This document shows positions 9,572 through 19,001 of a stretch of DNA of 64,000 nucleotides, piece by piece. The stretch covers positions 128,001 to 192,000 of the forward strand of contig JAGXNO010000001.1 in the NCBI GenBank assembly GCA_019894975.1, in the 5' to 3' direction. Origin of the DNA: Promethearchaeota archaeon. GTDB lineage: Archaea > Asgardarchaeota > Lokiarchaeia > Sigyniarchaeales > SOKP01. The position numbers and the translations under genes are program-made. The notes below the pieces were generated by a model, which made no database searches, was not told the DNA's origin, and saw only the letters and a list, made by a program, of their open reading frames with translations. Within the stretch, counting starts at the first letter, position 1. Each line of letters begins with the position of its first letter.

Positions 9572-10810
9572 GTGGAGTTAATGAGTAAAGATGGACATAT
9601 CAATTTTGAAGATCTTCATTTTCAATATGGAGAGAGTATGACATCAGGTAGTCTTTTTATGTTTACTGATGAAGAAAATGAATTTCGTCAAGAAATTAGA
9701 GAATATGCCAAAAATGAGATTGATCCTTATGTTGCTCAAATTGATCGAGAGCATAATGTAGAATTGACAGTAAAACTTGTACGCAAATTAGGAAAGAAAT
9801 ATTTTCCTTTGGCGTTTCCAAAAGAAATTGGAGGATTTGGAAAAGGAGCTGTATATAGAATGATTTTCGGGGAAGAACTATCCGCAGTACATTACCCGAC
9901 TGGTGTTATATATGGATGCAGCTGTAATCTTTTTGGAGTACCTATTATTCATTTTGGGACAAGTGAGCAACATGAAAAATTTCTAAAACCTATAATGGAT
10001 GGTTCTGCTCTGGGAGCTTTAGGTATTACAGAGCCAACTGCAGGAAGTGATGCAGTTGGGGGGATACGTACAACTGCAGTAAAAAAAAGCGATCATTATG
10101 TAATCAATGGGGAGAAGAGATTTATTACAAATGGGAGTATAGCAAATTATATTCTACTTTACTGTATTACAAATCCGAACGTTCATCCTAGAGAAGGTAT
10201 TAGTGCTATTGTTTTTCCAACCGATACCCCCGGATTTGAGGTAGTGAAAGATTTCGAATTGATGGGTCGCAGAGGTTGTGTGAATTCTCATTTAAAATTC
10301 CATAATTGTGAAGTTCCTGTGGAAAACTTAATTGGGAATGAAAATGAAGGCGTTAAAGTCATGTTATATGGGCTTGATGCTGAGCGTGTGTTTGTTGGGA
10401 GTCAGTATTTAGGAATTTCTCGTTCGGCTTTTGAAATTGCTGCTAGATACTCATCATTACGTGTACAATTTAAAAAAGAACTTAGAAGATTTGAAGGAAT
10501 CAGTTTTAAAATAGCAGAGATGTATATGAACATCGAAGCAGGGAGATTAATGCTATTAAGGGCAGGGAGAATGATTGACGAAAAATTACCGGCTACCAAG
10601 GAAGCAGCAGCAGCAAAATGTCTTGTTAGTGATAATGCCGTGAAAATTGTCAGCGATGCACTCCAAGTTGTTGGAGGAATAGGATACACTAAAGAGTTCC
10701 CCCTTGAAAGATATTATAGAGACGTAAGAATCGCTCAAATTGGGGGTGGAACCGCAGAAATTCTAAGATATCTTGTACAACGAGAAATTTATAATAAACT
10801 TGAATTCTAA
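9572..10810 (+). CDS. Acyl-CoA dehydrogenase
   Basis: ITEPTAGSD, INGEKRFITNG, QVVGGIGY..EFPLERYYRD, IGGGTAEI. Confidence 0.95.
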   Translation: MELMSKDGHINFEDLHFQYGESMTSGSLFMFTDEENEFRQEIREYAKNEIDPYVAQIDREHNVELTVKLVRKLGKKYFPLAFPKEIGGFGKGAVYRMIFGEELSAVHYPTGVIYGCSCNLFGVPIIHFGTSEQHEKFLKPIMDGSALGALGITEPTAGSDAVGGIRTTAVKKSDHYVINGEKRFITNGSIANYILLYCITNPNVHPREGISAIVFPTDTPGFEVVKDFELMGRRGCVNSHLKFHNCEVPVENLIGNENEGVKVMLYGLDAERVFVGSQYLGISRSAFEIAARYSSLRVQFKKELRRFEGISFKIAEMYMNIEAGRLMLLRAGRMIDEKLPATKEAAAAKCLVSDNAVKIVSDALQVVGGIGYTKEFPLERYYRDVRIAQIGGGTAEILRYLVQREIYNKLEF

Positions 10811-10823
10811 AATACCAGGAATT

Positions 10824-11309
10824 TTACTTCTTAAAAATCATAGTCTCCGGAATCTTAACCGTTATAACCTCTCCTTGAGCACATAATTGTTCAGCTGCAA
10901 ATAATTTCACTTCTGTTGTCACTTTTCGGCCTTTAATCTCTTTTACTTTCCCAATTAAAACTAATTCCTGATCAATTGGTGTTGGTTTTAGATAATCTAC
11001 ATGAAGTGATGCAGTAACATATCTTAATTCTGGTTCTGTTCCTATTTTACGTCCCTCGGCTTTATAAGCTGCAGCTGCAGCTGTTCCAGTGCCGTGACAA
11101 TCAATCAAAGAAGCTATTAATCCCCCATATACAAAACCAGGAAATGCCGTTTGATGTGCTTTAGGTATATATGTAGCAATACTTGATTCTTCCTCCTCAT
11201 TCCAATAGCTTTTTAATTTCATACCAAAATTATTTAATCTCCCACACCCATAACAATGACTCATCTGGTCTGAATAAAAATCTTGAATAGCTTTTTTCTC
11301 ATTCATCAT
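10824..11309 (-). CDS. PaaI/hot-dog fold thioesterase
   Basis: CYGCG, GFVYGGLIASLIDCHG, VTASLHVDYLKPTP. Confidence 0.9.
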   Translation of the reverse strand: MMNEKKAIQDFYSDQMSHCYGCGRLNNFGMKLKSYWNEEEESSIATYIPKAHQTAFPGFVYGGLIASLIDCHGTGTAAAAAYKAEGRKIGTEPELRYVTASLHVDYLKPTPIDQELVLIGKVKEIKGRKVTTEVKLFAAEQLCAQGEVITVKIPETMIFKK

Positions 11310-11516
11310 ACTTTTACCTTAACATTTGAAAAAATAAGTTTTCTCTGCTAAATTCTGTAATTATGCCTTTTATTATTATTTTTGCAAATCTTTCCCATAA
11401 AGAAATATTAGCTAATCCAATAGATCTATTTATTTACTCAAGAACCTTATTTTATTTTACGATTCAAATCCAAATTATATATATTATTACTTAATTTAAT
11501 TTAAGGGAAATATCTC

Positions 11517-11741
11517 ATGAAAAAAAAGAATATAGCTTTTATTTTGTTTGCAATCGCGGCATCTAATCTTCTTTCAATCCCAATCAGCCTAATGGTGTTC
11601 CCACCTCTTTGGGAACGTATGGAGATGCCTCTTATTGCAAGACGAATCAGTATCACTATTTCACTTGTAGTGGGACTCATTGCATCCATTGGTCTCTTCA
11701 TTGCTGGATTAATCGTTTATATAAAATTCAGAAAAGAATAA
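11517..11741 (+). CDS. Small two-TM membrane protein
   Basis: MKKK plus two hydrophobic helices; T-tract follows. Confidence 0.6.
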   Translation: MKKKNIAFILFAIAASNLLSIPISLMVFPPLWERMEMPLIARRISITISLVVGLIASIGLFIAGLIVYIKFRKE

Positions 11742-11986
11742 ATCATACTAATTTTTTATTTGCTCTTTATAAATTCAATAATTCAGGAAACACAAGTGAT
11801 ACATTTTAAAATATAAATTTAGGAAAATTTTTCATTATAATTTTAAATCCATGCAAAACACAAAAAAATGAATAAAAACTATGCTTAGAAATAAGGTTCC
11901 CTTATTTAATTAAGAATAACCTATTTTTCCACCAATTTTAATTCTATTAGCCGAACTAATAAATACCAAACTTAGCATAGATCATC

Positions 11987-12109
11987 ATGAAAGAACATAA
12001 ATTAATGAACTTTGTTAAACGAAACAGAAAAAATATTATTGGAGCTGTAAGTTTGCTTACTGTTTTTATCTTATTCGTGTGGATTGGTAGTGTCGGATTC
12101 TACTGGTAA
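11987..12109 (+). CDS. Putative 40-aa single-TM microprotein (not in ORF track)
   Basis: MKEHKLMNFVKRNRKNIIGAVSLLTVFILFVWIGSVGFYW; basic N-terminus then one TM helix; terminator-like hairpin downstream. Confidence 0.5.
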   Translation: MKEHKLMNFVKRNRKNIIGAVSLLTVFILFVWIGSVGFYW

Positions 12110-12166
12110 TTTGTTAAAAATTTTAACTAGCTCCAGTTTTAGATTTTCTGGATAACTCTAAAATTG

Positions 12167-12195
12167 CCTGCTGAAAGCCCGGCAGGAATTTTTTT
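12167..12195 (+). terminator. GC-rich hairpin followed by T7 (intrinsic terminator-like)
   Basis: CCTGCTG-AAAGCC-CGGCAGG-AA-TTTTTTT. Confidence 0.55.
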
Positions 12196-12368
12196 ATATT
12201 TTCTGCATTGAGAATTTTCTTACGATTGTTAAAAAAATTGAAATTGTGTTTGAATTTATAATAAAACTCAATATATTTAATAAACAATTTTTTGTTAATA
12301 CCTCATATAATACGAGTATACCCTCTTTTTCTCTTATTTTTCAAAATTGTTTTTTATTCAGTTTTATT

Positions 12369-12515
12369 CTAAACTGTTTCTATACCGATCAATTGTTTCT
12401 CTAATTCCTCTCTCTCTCCTTCATAGTCATAGGCATTATACCAATCCCATATTTTTAGAGCAAAATCTACAAACGCGTTTCCTTGAGCAGTAAGGATATT
12501 TTTCTCTTCATACAT
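12369..12515 (-). pseudogene. C-terminal remnant of a DJ-1/PfpI-family gene
   Basis: MYEEKNILTAQGNAFVDFALKIWDW... resembles the NIITAxGxA.xDFAL C-terminal motif; N-terminal part absent. Confidence 0.6.
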
Positions 12516-12640
12516 TTCTGTATAAAACAAAAATGTTAAATATAAGCTGTTGATTAAAGTTGATTAATTATTTTTATTTAATAAAAATACAGAAATCTAA
12601 ATTTAAAAAAAACAAATTAAAAGAATTAAATGTGAAAAAA

Positions 12641-15445
12641 ATGAAAAAAATTCGAATTTCGATTATTGTTCTCACTCTTTTAACTCTTTCAATGCTTTCT
12701 TATATTTCAACAGAAGTACTTGGTCAAACTCAAGATAATACCCAAATAACAACAAACCAAGCAGACCAGAAATTTCCGGCAATCTATGGTGATCGCATCG
12801 TATGGATGGACCGTAGGAACGGCAACTGGGATATCTATATGTACGATCTTTCAACGGGTACTGAAACCCAGATAACAACAAACCCATCAAGCCATGAGTA
12901 TCCGAAAATCCATGGTGATCGCATCGTATGGGAGGACTCGAGGAACGGCAACTGGGATATCTATATGTACGATCTTTCAACGGATACTGAAACCCAGATA
13001 ACAACAGATCCCGAAAGACAATGGTTTCCGGCAATCTATGGTGATCGCATCGTATGGGAGGACGGTAGGAATGGCAACTCGGATATCTATATGTACGATC
13101 TTTCAATGATTACTGAAACCCAGATAACAACAAACCTATCAAACCAATGGTCTCCGGCAATCTATGGTGATCGCATCGTATGGGGGGACCAAAGGAACGG
13201 CGACTATGATATCTATATGTACGATCTTTCAACGGGTACTGAAACCCAGATAACAACAGACACATTAAGCCAGGAGTCTCCGGCAATCTATGGTGATCGC
13301 ATCGTATGGGAGGACGGTAGGAACGACAACTGGGATATCTATATGTACGATCTTTCAACGGATACTGAAACCCAGATAACAACAGATCCCGCAATCCAGG
13401 CGGGACCGGCAATCTATGGTGATCGCATCGTATGGCATGATAATAGGAACGGCAACACGGATATCTATATGTACGATCTTTCAACGGATACTGAAACCCA
13501 GATAACAACACACCTATATTCCCAATGGTCTCCGGCAATCTATGGTGATCGCATCGTATGGTGGGACTATAGGAACGGCAACTGGGATATCTATATGCAC
13601 AAACTTCCTGAACTTGTTCAATTTATATATGGTACCAATTCTGGTCCGGTAGATCTAGATCCACATAATGCGTGGGATATTTCTTCATTTGATGTTATTG
13701 AGCAAGTTGTCGAAACGTTATATGCCTACGATTTACTCGATCCTGAACTTGCCCCCATCCCGAGATTAGCATCGGATTTTGGCACATGGTCAATAGATGG
13801 GTTAAGTTACACAGTTCCACTTAAAATGGGTGTCACATTTCATGATGGAACCCCGTTCGATGCTACAGCCGTTAAATGGAATTTTGATAGATTGGCATAT
13901 TTTATGAATTTAGAAAATCCAACTCATATATCCACATTGTATCTTTGGCATGATGGAACACCGATAATTAACGAGGTAGAGATCGTTGACGAATATACCG
14001 TAAAATTTGTGTTAAATAAACCATTTGCGCCATTTGAATCTTTATTATGTTTTAGTGGATCAGGAATTATGTCACCTACATCAACATCTCCAGAGAATTA
14101 TATTGATACGGCAACTGGAGATTTAGTTGGGACGGGTCCTTTTGTATATGATAATTATGAGGTAGGTGTTGAAGTCACCATGCACGCATATGAAAATTGC
14201 TGGGCGGGTGCTCCATATATTGACGAATTAACATTTTCAATTATTCCAGATATAAATGTGAGAAATCTGGCATTATTAGATGGAACTATTGACTTTTTAA
14301 AAACTCCTGACGATTCATTCTTCCAAACATTTAGAGATGATCCAGATATCACCCTTGTAGATGCTGGGCAAGACGCAACAATTCGATTTCTTGGGATGAA
14401 CAACAGGCTTATAAATGTTTCATTTCGAGAAGCGATTTCTTATGCCATTAATTATACATATATGATTGATGAGCTCTTAGGAGGAGAGGCTGTTAGATTG
14501 AAATCTCCAATTCCATTAGGTATAACGAACGCCAACTGGTCATTTAATGTTCCCATCCTAAATCTCACACGAGCAAGACAAGTCATGCAATCCATGGGAT
14601 TCGGCGTAGGGTTCGACGTGGATAAGGATGCTGAATGGACAACCCAAGCGACATTATCTCCTTTTAGGTCAATTAACTATACATATAATTGGGGTAATAA
14701 ATTCCGAGAAGATATGCTGCTATTATTACAAGATAATCTCGGAAAAATTGGAATCAAAGTGATAGATGCTGGTATGACATCGCGTGAGTATTTTGATAGG
14801 CTCCTTGATATACCACCATATAGTAGAAACCATTTAGAGCTTTTTTGGGTAGGTTGGGTTCCAGATTATAACGATCCGAGCAATATTATAAATTCAATGT
14901 TCTCCAAGAATTCTGTAAGTAATTTCGCGCAAGTAGATGATGATTTAGTACAGCAATGGATGGAAGAAGCCTTAATTACTATAAATCCAGCGGAAAGAAA
15001 AGTTTTATATGATAAGATTCAACAACGACTGATTGAAGTAGTCTTTCCATACGCTTGGGGTTATGTAAGAAGAAATTATGATGCGCACAGTAGCAAGTTC
15101 ACTGGTTTTCAATCAAATCCAATGGATAAAGTGTGGTTCTATACTGTTTCCAGCCAATCTCCAGACGTTAACGGTTATATACAAAACCTACCCGATGAGT
15201 TTTTTGTAAATAATGCTGAGCAACGTAAGAACGCATTATCGGAAAAATTCAATGACGTATTCGAACATATAAATAATGGTGAGTATGAAGAAGCGATAGA
15301 CAAATTAAAGCATGATATTCGTCCAAAATGTGATGGAAGTCTCGGTGGCAATCCTCGGAACGATTGGATAACCGATCCAGAAACACAGCAAGAGTTATGC
15401 GCGATGATTGATGCATTAATCGCATTTTTGGAAACATTGATTTGA
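12641..15445 (+). CDS. Secreted protein: signal peptide + 7-bladed beta-propeller + family-5 ABC solute-binding domain + C-terminal helical domain
   Basis: MKKIRISIIVL signal; 7x TQITT...PAIYGDRIVWxDxRNGNxDIYMYDL; FHDGTPFDA.AVKWNFDR, VGTGPF, GWVPDYNDP. Confidence 0.9.
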   Translation: MKKIRISIIVLTLLTLSMLSYISTEVLGQTQDNTQITTNQADQKFPAIYGDRIVWMDRRNGNWDIYMYDLSTGTETQITTNPSSHEYPKIHGDRIVWEDSRNGNWDIYMYDLSTDTETQITTDPERQWFPAIYGDRIVWEDGRNGNSDIYMYDLSMITETQITTNLSNQWSPAIYGDRIVWGDQRNGDYDIYMYDLSTGTETQITTDTLSQESPAIYGDRIVWEDGRNDNWDIYMYDLSTDTETQITTDPAIQAGPAIYGDRIVWHDNRNGNTDIYMYDLSTDTETQITTHLYSQWSPAIYGDRIVWWDYRNGNWDIYMHKLPELVQFIYGTNSGPVDLDPHNAWDISSFDVIEQVVETLYAYDLLDPELAPIPRLASDFGTWSIDGLSYTVPLKMGVTFHDGTPFDATAVKWNFDRLAYFMNLENPTHISTLYLWHDGTPIINEVEIVDEYTVKFVLNKPFAPFESLLCFSGSGIMSPTSTSPENYIDTATGDLVGTGPFVYDNYEVGVEVTMHAYENCWAGAPYIDELTFSIIPDINVRNLALLDGTIDFLKTPDDSFFQTFRDDPDITLVDAGQDATIRFLGMNNRLINVSFREAISYAINYTYMIDELLGGEAVRLKSPIPLGITNANWSFNVPILNLTRARQVMQSMGFGVGFDVDKDAEWTTQATLSPFRSINYTYNWGNKFREDMLLLLQDNLGKIGIKVIDAGMTSREYFDRLLDIPPYSRNHLELFWVGWVPDYNDPSNIINSMFSKNSVSNFAQVDDDLVQQWMEEALITINPAERKVLYDKIQQRLIEVVFPYAWGYVRRNYDAHSSKFTGFQSNPMDKVWFYTVSSQSPDVNGYIQNLPDEFFVNNAEQRKNALSEKFNDVFEHINNGEYEEAIDKLKHDIRPKCDGSLGGNPRNDWITDPETQQELCAMIDALIAFLETLI
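12740..13597 (+). repeat. Seven tandem 126-bp intragenic repeats (last one truncated)
   Basis: Units start at 12740, 12866, 12992, 13118, 13244, 13370, 13496; shared ggtgatcgcatcgtatgg and gatatctatatg cores. Confidence 0.97.
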
Positions 15446-15754
15446 TAGATGAATAAGTGTCGTTACCTATAAAATAACCCAAATTTTTTTTTTTCTTTTT
15501 GGATTCTTTTCCTTTAAAAGACTTTTTAGTTTTTTTCCTAATATTACTATTTCAGGTATAAAAATCCTTAAATTCCCAGAATTGATTAAAGAAGAAAAAA
15601 GAATCATTGATCCAATCGTAGCACCTACATCAAGTTTGAAAATTCAAGTATTAGATGTTGATTTTATCAGGGATGATTGCTAAACCTCCTGAACTAACAA
15701 CCGGTGATTTCTTTTAATATGTAATATAGACTATTTCGTGATCTTCTCCACTAT

Positions 15755-15916
15755 TCAAGCCAGAACAAGCAAGAACGGTTTCAAAATCTCAACTCTCACA
15801 ACACTATCGTCGCTTTTCTCGATCAATGAAATTAATGAATCTGAAAAAGTTGCTTGATCAAGAATTCCGCTTTGAAAATGCTCTAAAAGAACCTTCGGAT
15901 TTTTTTCTCCTTCCAC
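15755..15916 (-). pseudogene. Short ORF (53 aa), probable N-terminal remnant of a helical-repeat protein
   Basis: MEGEKNPKVLLEHFQSGILDQATFSDSLISLIEKSDDSVVRVEIL...; HEAT-like LISLIE.SDD..VR.E motif then early stop. Confidence 0.4.
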
Positions 15917-16128
15917 ACTAAATCAATACGCTTTTTTCATATTTAAATTTACCCAAATCAATGATTTTCTAATTTATCGAATAAGACTTTGAATATATCT
16001 CTTATTACTCGCAATTTCTCACCAACTAAAATACCCACTTTCTGATTATATTTAATAAAAAAATTTCGCGTTATTCCGATTTCACCACACCTTCCCCCCA
16101 TTTTCCCTTATTCTATAAAAACATAACC

Positions 16129-16220
16129 TTTAAATACTTGAGTTAATATTTATTTATTAAATTGTGTCAAGAAAGAATTGACAACAAACAATTCATTGTC
16201 AAGAAATAAAATTTGACCAA
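16129..16220 (+). promoter_or_regulatory. TATA box plus two downstream inverted repeats upstream of grpE
   Basis: TTTAAATA 16129-16136; TGTCAA-N7-TTGACA 16165-16183; TGTCAA-N10-TTGACC 16197-16218. Confidence 0.6.
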
Positions 16221-16249
16221 CCAAAAATAGTATTTTAAAAGCATAAAAA

Positions 16250-17017
16250 ATGATGAATATGTCAAGAAAAGGTAAGGGAGATGGAAGATCTATGATGTTT
16301 GATGATATTTTTGACAGCTTTCTTGGAGATCGCGGTTCTCAAACTCGTAAGAGCTCATCAGATAACATTTCAATATCAAAAAGAGAATATGAAATGCTCA
16401 AAGCTAAAGGAGAGAAGTTTGAGGCTTTAGTAGAAGAACATAAGAAAGTGAAAACATGGAATGATCAATTGATGAAAGAAATGGATGATTTGAAAGACGA
16501 TGCTCGAAATTTTAAGGAGTTAGAGGAAGAAAAGGAGAAATTCCTACATTCACTTTTACAGGTAAGGGCAGATTTCGAGAATTATAAAAAACGTCAAGAG
16601 CGTGAAAATTCCAATTACAAGCAATATGTTTTAGAAGGTGTTTTAGCAAAGCTAATCTGCCATTACGATGATCTCGTACGGGCGTTAAATCTGTTAAAGA
16701 TGCTTGAGGGTGCTGAAGGTATAACAAAGGGATTTGAATTAATACTTAAAAATTTTGAGAAGATCATGGAAGATGAAGGAATTCGATCCATGGAATCAGA
16801 AGGTCAGAAATTTGATCCCTATAAGCATGAGGCAATGATGGTTGAGGAGGGGCGAGATGATCTCCCTGAAAATACAATTATAGAAGTATTAGATAGAGGA
16901 TATTTTTTAAAGAGTAAAGTTTTAAGACCTGCGAAGGTCAAAATTTCAAAAAAATCAAAATTACCAACTTTAAATGAAAAAATAGAAAGCAATCAAGATT
17001 ACAAAATTAAAATTTAA
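16250..17017 (+). CDS. grpE: Nucleotide exchange factor GrpE
   Basis: ADFENYKKR, FDPYKHEAM, GYFLKSKVLRPAKV; upstream of dnaK. Confidence 0.95.
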   Translation: MMNMSRKGKGDGRSMMFDDIFDSFLGDRGSQTRKSSSDNISISKREYEMLKAKGEKFEALVEEHKKVKTWNDQLMKEMDDLKDDARNFKELEEEKEKFLHSLLQVRADFENYKKRQERENSNYKQYVLEGVLAKLICHYDDLVRALNLLKMLEGAEGITKGFELILKNFEKIMEDEGIRSMESEGQKFDPYKHEAMMVEEGRDDLPENTIIEVLDRGYFLKSKVLRPAKVKISKKSKLPTLNEKIESNQDYKIKI

Positions 17018-17036
17018 AAAAAAGGAGTGATATAAT

Positions 17037-18923
17037 ATGGGAAAAATAATAGGAATTGACTTAGGGACTTCAAACTCAGCAGCAGCGGTATTGGTGGGAG
17101 GGAAACCTACCATAATTCCGAGTGCTGAAGGTTTAACCCTAGGAGGAAAAGCGTTTCCATCTGTAGTTGCATTTACTAAGGATGGTCAAAGACTTGTTGG
17201 AGAGCCTGCAAGAAGGCAAGCAGTTTCAAATCCAGATCGCACAATAACAGCAATAAAGCGTAAAATGGGAACAAGTTATACTGTGAAATTAGATGGTAAA
17301 GATTATACACCTCAGGAGATTTCAGCAATGATTCTTAGAAAAATCAAAGAAGATGCGAGTGCCTATTTGGGTGAAGAGGTTACTGATGTGATAATCACGG
17401 TTCCAGCATATTTTAACGATAATCAAAGGCAAGCTACTAAAGATGCGGGAAGGATTGCGGGATTGAACGTAAAACGTTTGATTAACGAACCTACAGCTGC
17501 AGCAGTAGCCTATGGATTAGACAAGAAAAATGCGAGCTTAAAAATTGCTGTACTGGATTTAGGTGGAGGGACTTTTGACGTCACAATTATGGAGATGGAT
17601 AATCAAGTATTTGAAGTGATCTCAACTTCAGGTGATACACAATTAGGTGGTACCGATATGGATAAGTTATTAGTGGATTTCTTGGTGGCTGAGTTTCAGA
17701 AAAACGAAGGTGTTGATCTAAGATCTGATTCAATGGCACTACAGAGAGTTCGGGAAGCCGTTGAAAAAGCTAAAATTGAATTGTCAAATTCAGTGACAAC
17801 GGAGATTAATCTACCATATATAACTGCTACAAACGATGGACCAAAACATCTTAACATGAAGCTAACAAGAGCTAAACTAGAGCAATTAATTGATCCGGTA
17901 ATAAAGAGATTGGATTCACCAATCTTAAAGGCTTTGAGAGATGCAGGGATCGCAAGAGGAGAAATTGATAAAATTATTTTAGTAGGGGGACCAACTAGGA
18001 TGCCAATAATCCTGAAAAAATTCGAAGATTTATTAGGGAAAACTCCAGAGCGTAGCATTGATCCAATGGAATGTGTTGCGATGGGTGCTTCAGTCCAAGG
18101 TGGAGTGTTGACTGGTGAAGTGGAAGATTTACTATTACTTGATGTGACTCCATTATCATTAGGAGTTGAAACGTTAGGTTCAGTTTTTACTAAATTAATT
18201 GAGAGAAACTCTACGATTCCAACACACAAAACTCAGATATTTTCAACGGCTGCTGATAACCAACCCGCTGTAGAAATTCATGTATTACAAGGTGAAAGAC
18301 CTCGAGCAGGAGATAACATTACATTGGGTAAATTTCATTTGACAGGGATTCCACCTGCACCCAGAGGTATGCCACAGATAGAAGTGTCATTTGATATCGA
18401 TCAAAATGGAATTTTAAATGTGTCAGCTAAGGATAAAGGAACTGGTAAAAGTCAATCAATAACAATTACAGCCTCGACCAAGATGTCTGACGATGATATT
18501 GAGCAAAAAATTCGAGAAGCTGAAAGAAATGCTGAAGAAGATAGGAAGTTTGGAGAGCTTATTGAAGCAAAAAATCAAGGTGAAGCATTAATTTATCAAA
18601 CTGAAAAACTATTGAATGAGAATGAAGCTGTTATTGGAGACTTAAAATCGATGATTTTAGGTAAGATCTCTGAATTAAGGAGTGCTATGGAAACGGAAGA
18701 TGTAGGAAGAATGAAAAGTTCAAGTGAAGCCTTACAGAATTCATTACACGAAGTTTCAGCGAGAATTTATGGAAAACAGCAAGGAGCAACTCAAGGTGCC
18801 TACCAAGGAGCACCTCCTGGGGGTATGGGTGATATGCCTGGTCGATCACAGGATGAGATTGAAGAGGATCAATTCAGAAGAGCAACTGGTCAAGATGAAG
18901 TAGTAGATGCTGAGTATGAATAA
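17037..18923 (+). CDS. dnaK: Hsp70 chaperone DnaK
   Basis: [45 protein letters not shown]. Confidence 0.99.
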   Translation: MGKIIGIDLGTSNSAAAVLVGGKPTIIPSAEGLTLGGKAFPSVVAFTKDGQRLVGEPARRQAVSNPDRTITAIKRKMGTSYTVKLDGKDYTPQEISAMILRKIKEDASAYLGEEVTDVIITVPAYFNDNQRQATKDAGRIAGLNVKRLINEPTAAAVAYGLDKKNASLKIAVLDLGGGTFDVTIMEMDNQVFEVISTSGDTQLGGTDMDKLLVDFLVAEFQKNEGVDLRSDSMALQRVREAVEKAKIELSNSVTTEINLPYITATNDGPKHLNMKLTRAKLEQLIDPVIKRLDSPILKALRDAGIARGEIDKIILVGGPTRMPIILKKFEDLLGKTPERSIDPMECVAMGASVQGGVLTGEVEDLLLLDVTPLSLGVETLGSVFTKLIERNSTIPTHKTQIFSTAADNQPAVEIHVLQGERPRAGDNITLGKFHLTGIPPAPRGMPQIEVSFDIDQNGILNVSAKDKGTGKSQSITITASTKMSDDDIEQKIREAERNAEEDRKFGELIEAKNQGEALIYQTEKLLNENEAVIGDLKSMILGKISELRSAMETEDVGRMKSSSEALQNSLHEVSARIYGKQQGATQGAYQGAPPGGMGDMPGRSQDEIEEDQFRRATGQDEVVDAEYE

Positions 18924-19001
18924 GTCTAATTTTTTTTTTATTTATTTTTTTTATTAATTTAGTAAAATTTTTACAAATAATATTAAAAAAGGGGTTAAAA
19001 G

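Noticed and set aside
12167-12186. SECIS element / selenoprotein signal
   Set aside because: No in-frame TGA at a Cys-equivalent position found in nearby genes; the hairpin plus T-run fits a terminator better
12672-13538. Two antisense repeat ORFs (144 aa, 142 aa)
   Set aside because: Shadows of the propeller repeats on the opposite strand
12740-13597. CRISPR array (constant blocks alternating with variable blocks)
   Set aside because: Period is 126 bp and in frame within a long ORF; variable blocks are short and related to each other; no cas genes
12740-13597. Classical diversity-generating retroelement
   Set aside because: No RT or template repeat in the window; invariant framework contains many adenines; changes include third-position C/G/T differences. 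A remote system cannot be excluded
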